Shown here in pieces: positions 57,470 through 64,000 of a stretch of DNA of 64,000 bases. The notes beneath the pieces are model-generated. The model saw only the letters and a program-made list of their open reading frames with translations. It had not been told where the DNA came from and ran no database searches. Made by a program: the position numbers and the translations under genes. The stretch is from a virus. The stretch spans positions 1 through 64,000 of the IMG/VR virus record IMGVR_UViG_3300023179_000058; one strand, written 5' to 3'. The first letter of the stretch is position 1, and each line of letters begins with the position of its first letter.

Positions 57470-57728
57470 TACTTCAAACAATGGGCTATACATTGCGCTA
57501 TGCGTTATGGTAGCCACAGCATGTGCGACATTATTCTTTATGTTTTTCGCAGAGAAAGAATTTATGTCAAAAAACATTGAACGCGCAATTGAAAAAGGAA
57601 TTGATCCTATTGCTGTACGCTGTTCATATGCCGATGCAAGTGACAGAGTTTGTCTTGCGTATTCAATTACGCACGGAACAGTTGACGCACCTGGTGCCCC
57701 TAAAATTCCTGTCCAAATTAAAAAATGA
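57456..57728 (+). CDS. membrane-anchored hypothetical protein
   Basis: TM segment plus GIDPIAVRC motif. Confidence 0.6.
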   Translation: MKESNTSNNGLYIALCVMVATACATLFFMFFAEKEFMSKNIERAIEKGIDPIAVRCSYADASDRVCLAYSITHGTVDAPGAPKIPVQIKK

Positions 57729-57961
57729 ATGGTAAATTAAACATCTTGACTCCAAAAGAATTTGAGAATAAAATCAAAGAACTTATGAAGTCCAAATCGC
57801 CTATCACTATGATTGATGCTGTTCTATTATATTGTGAACAGAACAATTTGGAAGTAGAAACCGCGGCTTCACTCATCTCAAGTAAGATGAAGAATGTGAT
57901 GGAGAGTGAAGCCATCAAAGGTAAAATGATTACACCCAAAACTGCAAAACTACCGATATGA
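57725..57961 (+). CDS. late transcription coactivator (T4 gp33-like)
   Basis: IDAVLLYCEQNNLEVE motif; gp33-gp59-gp32 synteny. Confidence 0.85.
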   Translation: MNGKLNILTPKEFENKIKELMKSKSPITMIDAVLLYCEQNNLEVETAASLISSKMKNVMESEAIKGKMITPKTAKLPI

Positions 57962-58557
57962 GAATGGAAGCATTTGACGCATACAAGATTTATACCGCGT
58001 TGAAGAATCATTTCGTGCTTGACAATTACGATTATTTCAAGTACAATAAGAAGATCAAGGTAAGCCATGACGCTTTCCTTAATAGGCGTGACAAAATATT
58101 TTTTGCAAAACTAGGTAATCGAAAGGATGCATACCTAGAAGACTTTTTGGTATCTAACTTTTTGTTTGACACAAAGACATGGGTAGGTGAACTACTCTCA
58201 GATCAAGCAGAAGAGCGATACAAAGATTGGAAGAGAAAACAAGAATCGTTATCTTATAGTTTTAAAAATGAGATTGCTTTTCTTGAAGACCTTACACCCG
58301 ATGAATTTAATCAGTTATTTGAAAGCATAGACGGAGACCATCCAAAAATTATTCGTATGTATCTAAGAAAAGAAATTAGTATTGAAACACTTTCTATTCT
58401 TGATTCTATATTGAAGTTTATGCACAAGACTGATCAAAGAATTGATGACCCAATCTACAAAGAGGTAAGTAAATTATGCAAAAAGTACCAGCCCTTCTTA
58501 AAGTACGACCTTTCGAACATGAAAAGGATATTAAAGCAGGCGGTAACGCAGGGGTAA
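57958..58557 (+). CDS. helicase loader (T4 gp59-like)
   Basis: YTALKNHF..YDYFKY and ISIETL motifs. Confidence 0.88.
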   Translation: MRMEAFDAYKIYTALKNHFVLDNYDYFKYNKKIKVSHDAFLNRRDKIFFAKLGNRKDAYLEDFLVSNFLFDTKTWVGELLSDQAEERYKDWKRKQESLSYSFKNEIAFLEDLTPDEFNQLFESIDGDHPKIIRMYLRKEISIETLSILDSILKFMHKTDQRIDDPIYKEVSKLCKKYQPFLKYDLSNMKRILKQAVTQG

Positions 58558-58658
58558 AGGTGAGGCAGAAGTCCCAAATTTGTGTTCTTCTCCAGCCAAA
58601 AAAGAATCTTGAACAACTATATACTACTGTAGTTGAGCATGATATAAGTGGACAAGCA

Positions 58659-58697
58659 AATAATACAATCAATACATTTTAATACAAAGGAAATACG
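58659..58697 (+). promoter_or_regulatory. putative gp32 translational operator
   Basis: Unstructured A-rich leader with four AATAC units. Confidence 0.55.
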
Positions 58698-59603
58698 ATG
58701 GCAAATACATTCGCAGAACTCCGTAAATCTCGCGCAAAAGATTTGGAGAAGTTGACAGAGCAAGTCAGCAAACTAAACGACAAGTCCGGTGAAAAGAAGT
58801 CCTACGAGGACACCCGTTTCTGGAAACCAGTTGTCGATAAAGCAGGTAATGGAATGGCAATCATTCGCTTTCTACCTGCGGCCGAAGGTGAAGACATGCC
58901 TTGGGTTCAATTGTTCTCCCACTCATTTCAAGGACCTACTGGTCAATGGTACATTGAGAACTCCCTAACTACCCTTAACAAGAAAGACCCTGTGTCTGAA
59001 TACAATACCATGTTGTGGAACTCTGGTATTGAAGCAGACAAAGAAACTGCGCGTAAGCAAAAGCGCAAACTTCAATACATTGCTAATGTGTATGTTGTCA
59101 AGGACCCATCTAATTCTGACAATGAAGGTAAGGTTTTCTTGTTCAAGTTCGGCAAGAAGATTTTCGATAAGTTGAACGATTTGATGAATCCTGAATTTGA
59201 AGATGAAACACCTGTGAATCCATTTGATCTATGGGAAGGTGCTAACTTCAAGTTGAAGATTCGCAAAGTAGAAGGCTATCAAAATTATGATAAGTCTGAG
59301 TTTGAATCACCTGCGGCTCTCTCTGAAGATGATGAAGAACTTGAAAGAATTTGGAAAGCACAACACAAACTTTCTGAATTCATTACTGAGGGCAACTTCA
59401 AATCTTATGACGAATTGAAGACAAAACTTAACAAAGTTTTGAATCTAGAAGATGATGTAGTTACTGAAAAACCTTCTGCGCCTGTAACCAAGAAGGCTGA
59501 GAAGCCTGCTGAAGTTAAGAAGGCAAAAACTGTAGAAGATAGCCCACCTTGGGATGACGAAGATGGTGATCTGAGTTATTTCGAAAAGTTGGCTGAAGAC
59601 TGA
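58698..59603 (+). CDS. single-stranded DNA-binding protein (T4 gp32-like)
   Basis: IRFLP, WYIENS, FGKKIFDK and NYDKSEF motifs; acidic tail. Confidence 0.95.
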   Translation: MANTFAELRKSRAKDLEKLTEQVSKLNDKSGEKKSYEDTRFWKPVVDKAGNGMAIIRFLPAAEGEDMPWVQLFSHSFQGPTGQWYIENSLTTLNKKDPVSEYNTMLWNSGIEADKETARKQKRKLQYIANVYVVKDPSNSDNEGKVFLFKFGKKIFDKLNDLMNPEFEDETPVNPFDLWEGANFKLKIRKVEGYQNYDKSEFESPAALSEDDEELERIWKAQHKLSEFITEGNFKSYDELKTKLNKVLNLEDDVVTEKPSAPVTKKAEKPAEVKKAKTVEDSPPWDDEDGDLSYFEKLAED

Positions 59604-59632
59604 TTCATTATTTTTCTCCACGGTGCAGTTTT

Positions 59633-59658
59633 AGCCCCTCGAAAGAGGGGCTTTTTTT
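59633..59658. terminator. terminator between convergent genes
   Basis: AGCCCCTC-GAAA-GAGGGGCT followed by a T run. Confidence 0.85.
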
Positions 59659-62600
59659 ATCTCATTGCAAGTGTGTATGCTCTTAATGAAGTGCGTTCAG
59701 TATTGCGTAGAATTGGATGGAAGTCTCTTACTTTATCATCTTGCATGACGAATGTTGTAATTGGTGATGAAACTTGTCGTACTGAATTATCTACAACGGT
59801 GTTTACATTTGTTCCTGCACCAGTTCCCATTGAACCATTAATTAGTTGACCTTGTTCATTCAAGAATTGTTGAGAGCCAGCACCTAATGTGGCTGTAGGA
59901 ATTACACCTCCAACAGGTACGGAAGAAAGTGTACCGGAGATGTACTCAAGACTTCCTGCGGCTGTGTTTAGTGTATTACTAAAATCACCAGCAAATGCAC
60001 CAGCACCAATAGATCCGGCCGCGGCCGCCAACGAACCTGTGAGTGCGGCGCCTTCTGCCATCAACTCTTCTCTAGTTTTCTTTTTATTCTGAACCTTACT
60101 TAATTCAACGAATTGTTGTGCGCCCTCATAGAACATTGGACCCGCTTGAATCAATTTGGCATAAATTGCTCTTGATTCGTCTGTTGCCAATCCAGTAGAC
60201 TTAACAAAGTTATCCACAAAGTCGCGATATGCAATTCTACTTTCTTCAACAGTACCTTTGAATTCTGGAATGTCAAAGTTTTCAAGACCAGGAATATTAA
60301 GTTTAGTCTTAATTTCGGTTTCAATGGCCTCAAATTGTTTTTTCTTTTGATTCAAACTGTATGTCAGTTGTTCTTGTTGCGTATAGAAGAGTTTGTAATA
60401 ATCGCCAACAAACTTATTGAAATTGTCTTGCTGTTCTTGAAGGTCTTTACCTCCGAATATTGTCATAATGTCATATTTCAAGTCGGCAAGTGCAAGACCA
60501 GTTTTACCTTCAACTGTTTTAGCAAGATCGTCTGCGGTGTATTTCAACATCTCAAACGCATTATTCATGAAGACTGTAGATTCTACAAGTCTACTGAAAG
60601 TGGTAGTTATACTTTCTAACGCATCGCCAACTTTGATTTGATAATTTACAATGTCTGCATATGCAGTTTTAATCATCTCATCGCTGAAGCCAAGAATGCT
60701 TTCTTGCAGTCTCTTTGCTTGATCTGCTTGTGAAAGCCCCATCAAGTTTATTTCAATTGCTTTTGTAAAACCAGTAATCGCTTCAGGATCAATACCTAGA
60801 ATGTTTGCGCCTTCACGAACACCAGTAAATACTTGATTGACAGCACCTTGCATGTACTTAACAAGTTCTGGATCGGCTGCCTTTTCATTTCGACCGCTAC
60901 GATCACCTCTAAACTTACCGCCTTCTTGTCTCCAGTTTTCGTATTCACGAATGTCTGTTCCGCTACCTTCAGCAAGTGTTCCTGTGATACCAGCAGACTG
61001 AGTTTTCTTAGGACCCATACCAAAAAGTGAGTCAACAACACCACCAAGTATACCACCAACAAAACCGCCGATACCAGGAAGAATAAAGTTACCTATCATT
61101 GCGCCAATAGTTGAAGAACCTACGCCTTGAATAAGTTGTTTGTCTCCAGCAATTGCACTACCAATAAATGAACCAGCCATACCTCCTGCAAGGCCTTCTA
61201 GTGCAGTTCCGGCTATTGCACCAGAACTCATTCCGGTAGGAACAGCCATACCAGCCTCACCATATGCGGCGGCTAATTGTGCGGAGGTCATGCCTGAAGA
61301 CATTCCTGAACCAAAGTTTGCAATAGTTTGTGATCCGAGTGTGCTACCCAAACTCTGAATCATTCCACCTGCACTTGCAAGCAAACTTCCTGTTGCGAGT
61401 GCATTATAGATTTGATATCCAGCAAGTAAGGTGTTTAGCAAACCGCCAGGTGTTCTGATATTTGCATTTTTCAATGCATATAGGTTGAATAAAGTTCCCC
61501 CAAAGCCAATGCCTCCAGAACCACCTTTAAGGATGTCCATGCCACCTTCGAGGCCTTTGCCTGCTATAATGTTTTTACCAAACGCATTTAAAGCGACTGT
61601 TGCTGGTCCAAAGCCTAGTCCAAGTTTTTGTGCGGCATACATTGTACCAAAATCAACAAGAGCATTGCCCATTGAAAATCCGCCGCCCGCAGGTGTGCCT
61701 TGACCAGTTACACCTGGTATAGTTCCTCCTGCACCAACAGCACTAGGCGCAGAAGGCTTAAAGATTCCTGAGATTGCATCACCAATTGATTTAGTGCCTG
61801 AGAATACATCCATAACTGCGGAACCAACGCTCTTCACGCCTTCCCAAATACTTCCTAGAGTTCCAAGGAAGCCTCCGCCACCTCCGCCTGCCATACTGCC
61901 CATCATATTCATCTGTGCAGAACGAGCCTGCATCTGTGCGATTTGTGCTTGAGATTGTACTGAGTATTGAGTAATGTTAGCCATGCCTTGTAGATGATTG
62001 CCTAAGACTTGACTCATGCCTTGATTGTGATAATCGCCAGCCATTACCATACCATCGCGTATCTGTAATGCGCCTTGTTCCATGTAGCGGCCTTGAGCAT
62101 CTACACCTAGTTTCATCTGGCGTTCTACATTACGCTGATATTCTTCGTAACCACCAGCGCCACCGAATAGTGGGCTGAATGGCTGACCAATCATGAGAGC
62201 CATTTGCTGACTGAAGTTTTGAATGCCTTGTTCATATCCAAAGAGGCTTCGCATACCTGTTGGAATGCCTGTCATAGCATAGATTAAGTCTTCAGTCACC
62301 ATTTTCTTATTCTGGCTAACTGCGGCTTTTGCTTGCGCTACTTGTGCGCCTTTCTGACCAAGAAGTTGTTCTAACTGATCAACTTGTTTAATTAGATTGA
62401 TCTTATCTTGAGTTGGTCTTCCTGTAATAGGATTCATCGCATTCAAGCGATCCACAAGAGTTACTTGTGAAGACAGTTTATCAAACTCTACTTTTGTCTT
62501 ATCGTAATCCGCTTTGAGTACATCGTACTGTTTTCTAACTGATGCACCTTGTGCGTAGTTATTAATAGCACGATTGAAACCTTGTGCGGCATTTGGACCA

Positions 62601-64000
62601 AACATAGGTCCAAGAACTTGATTGACAAACTGATCGGTGTAACTTGCGGCTAACTTCGAGAAGATATTGCCGTAAACAGGACCCATGTCTTTGCCAAGAA
62701 TCTTTGTGGCAAAGTTTTGGAATGAGTTTTGATACAATTGATCGATTGCACCAAACGCACTATTTTGTTGTCCCATGACACCAAAACCTTGCGGTCCACC
62801 CATTGCTTTATAAAGGCTACGACTAACATCACTTTGAATTTGCCCCAAGAATTGCATCTCAAGGCTCTTACGCTGTTGATCATATTGATTGTTTAATTTT
62901 TGAATACCTGTTGCAATCTGTTGTTGATAAACAAGATTCTGAGACTCCATCTCATTTGATGCGGCATTCAGATTAATTAATCTACTATCGGCATCTTGTC
63001 CAGTATACGCGGTTGTTGTTGCTCTTCTAGATTCAATGCCGTCAATTACACCTTGTTCGAGCAATGTGCGATTGCGAATATAAGTTTGTTCTGGTCCACT
63101 AATTGTTCCGTTAAATCCGCCACCAAAATTACCTTGACCGAATGTGCCGCCAGCGGCTTGCATGATAGGACCAGTATCATAGAAACCACCGCGTGTGCCA
63201 CCGCCATACTGACCTGGCATACCTACAGTCATTAATGAAGGTGGTCCAAATCCGAATGATGATCCACCGGCTCCAGGTTGTACTCCAGAGTAATAATTAG
63301 ATGCGGCTGGTCCGCCCTCTTGGCGAATCATCGCCGCTTGCAATTGAGGAATTAAATGTGGCGGGATTCTGTCATTAGGTCCAATACCCAATGAACGAGA
63401 CATGTTTGCAACATACGCGCCAGTATCGTTATTATCACCAGGCGGCGCATATTTACTAATGAATTGATCAAGCGTCATTCCTCTGGATTGTGTATCCAGT
63501 TGAAGTTGCTTTTGCATCGCCAACATGCCCATCTCTGGTGTTGGGAATTGTGCGAACGATCCTTCCGGACCAGGAATTGCACCCTCTAATACGCCGCCAG
63601 GACCTGCGTAGCGTGAATAGTATCTTAGGTTACCTGGATTGTTATTGCGTACAGATATAGGCTCATTATTTGAAACATTATTTGGTGTGTAAGTAGGAGA
63701 CTGGCTAGGCAATGTTGCTGGTGCCGCTGGCGCAGGCGCTACAGGCGCAGGTGCGGGACTAGTTAATCCTCTAGTCTCTCTTTTTCTTTCAGCCGCACTA
63801 TCTCTATCTCTTCTTTGTTTATCTGAAACAATTGCATCGCGGTCTCTTACATAATTTTCATCTGTTGGAGTGAAAATTGATTTTGTAAAACCTTCTTTAG
63901 CCATTCTAGCGGCTTCTTTTGTCATTCCGCTTTGATATGGTTCATACTTTGTTTCTTGAATCTGAATGCTCTTACCAAACTCTGCTACTTTCTTTGCTAC
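59657..64000 (-). CDS. large tape-measure/baseplate-hub-like virion protein with a lysozyme-like domain (5' end outside the window)
   Basis: Frame stays open from 63925 to the window edge; RNNNPGNLR...KYAP motif; long Gly-rich and helical segments. Confidence 0.65.
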   Translation of the reverse strand, partial: VAKKVAEFGKSIQIQETKYEPYQSGMTKEAARMAKEGFTKSIFTPTDENYVRDRDAIVSDKQRRDRDSAAERKRETRGLTSPAPAPVAPAPAAPATLPSQSPTYTPNNVSNNEPISVRNNNPGNLRYYSRYAGPGGVLEGAIPGPEGSFAQFPTPEMGMLAMQKQLQLDTQSRGMTLDQFISKYAPPGDNNDTGAYVANMSRSLGIGPNDRIPPHLIPQLQAAMIRQEGGPAASNYYSGVQPGAGGSSFGFGPPSLMTVGMPGQYGGGTRGGFYDTGPIMQAAGGTFGQGNFGGGFNGTISGPEQTYIRNRTLLEQGVIDGIESRRATTTAYTGQDADSRLINLNAASNEMESQNLVYQQQIATGIQKLNNQYDQQRKSLEMQFLGQIQSDVSRSLYKAMGGPQGFGVMGQQNSAFGAIDQLYQNSFQNFATKILGKDMGPVYGNIFSKLAASYTDQFVNQVLGPMFGPNAAQGFNRAINNYAQGASVRKQYDVLKADYDKTKVEFDKLSSQVTLVDRLNAMNPITGRPTQDKINLIKQVDQLEQLLGQKGAQVAQAKAAVSQNKKMVTEDLIYAMTGIPTGMRSLFGYEQGIQNFSQQMALMIGQPFSPLFGGAGGYEEYQRNVERQMKLGVDAQGRYMEQGALQIRDGMVMAGDYHNQGMSQVLGNHLQGMANITQYSVQSQAQIAQMQARSAQMNMMGSMAGGGGGGFLGTLGSIWEGVKSVGSAVMDVFSGTKSIGDAISGIFKPSAPSAVGAGGTIPGVTGQGTPAGGGFSMGNALVDFGTMYAAQKLGLGFGPATVALNAFGKNIIAGKGLEGGMDILKGGSGGIGFGGTLFNLYALKNANIRTPGGLLNTLLAGYQIYNALATGSLLASAGGMIQSLGSTLGSQTIANFGSGMSSGMTSAQLAAAYGEAGMAVPTGMSSGAIAGTALEGLAGGMAGSFIGSAIAGDKQLIQGVGSSTIGAMIGNFILPGIGGFVGGILGGVVDSLFGMGPKKTQSAGITGTLAEGSGTDIREYENWRQEGGKFRGDRSGRNEKAADPELVKYMQGAVNQVFTGVREGANILGIDPEAITGFTKAIEINLMGLSQADQAKRLQESILGFSDEMIKTAYADIVNYQIKVGDALESITTTFSRLVESTVFMNNAFEMLKYTADDLAKTVEGKTGLALADLKYDIMTIFGGKDLQEQQDNFNKFVGDYYKLFYTQQEQLTYSLNQKKKQFEAIETEIKTKLNIPGLENFDIPEFKGTVEESRIAYRDFVDNFVKSTGLATDESRAIYAKLIQAGPMFYEGAQQFVELSKVQNKKKTREELMAEGAALTGSLAAAAGSIGAGAFAGDFSNTLNTAAGSLEYISGTLSSVPVGGVIPTATLGAGSQQFLNEQGQLINGSMGTGAGTNVNTVVDNSVRQVSSPITTFVMQDDKVRDFHPILRNTERTSLRAYTLAMR

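Overview
This window is part of a large T4-like (Tevenvirinae-type) phage genome. It carries gp61 primase, RNase H, gp33, gp59, gp32, nrdAB, thyX, phoH, TATAAATA late promoters and a lysis cassette. The tmRNA tag ANDEKFALAA and the IscU sequence suggest a betaproteobacterial host (inference). About 21.3-28.65 kb holds an array of 27 tRNA or tRNA-like genes covering all 20 amino acids, plus one split tRNA-Leu pseudogene, interleaved with unexplained structured RNAs. Three observations stand out. (1) An unannotated 37-codon leader ORF (21070-21183) contains all 20 amino acids and is followed by a terminator and a possible antiterminator directly upstream of the tRNA array, making it a candidate 'pan-amino-acid' attenuator. 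(2) A circularly permuted two-piece tmRNA has an entire iscU gene as its intervening segment, closed by a stem that pairs the iscU RBS with its stop codon. (3) Four related stem-closed RNAs, two carrying tRNA-Thr anticodon mimics, are linked to a TROVE/vWA-like (DUF2828-type) gene. All protein calls come from motif recognition by eye; no database searches were run.
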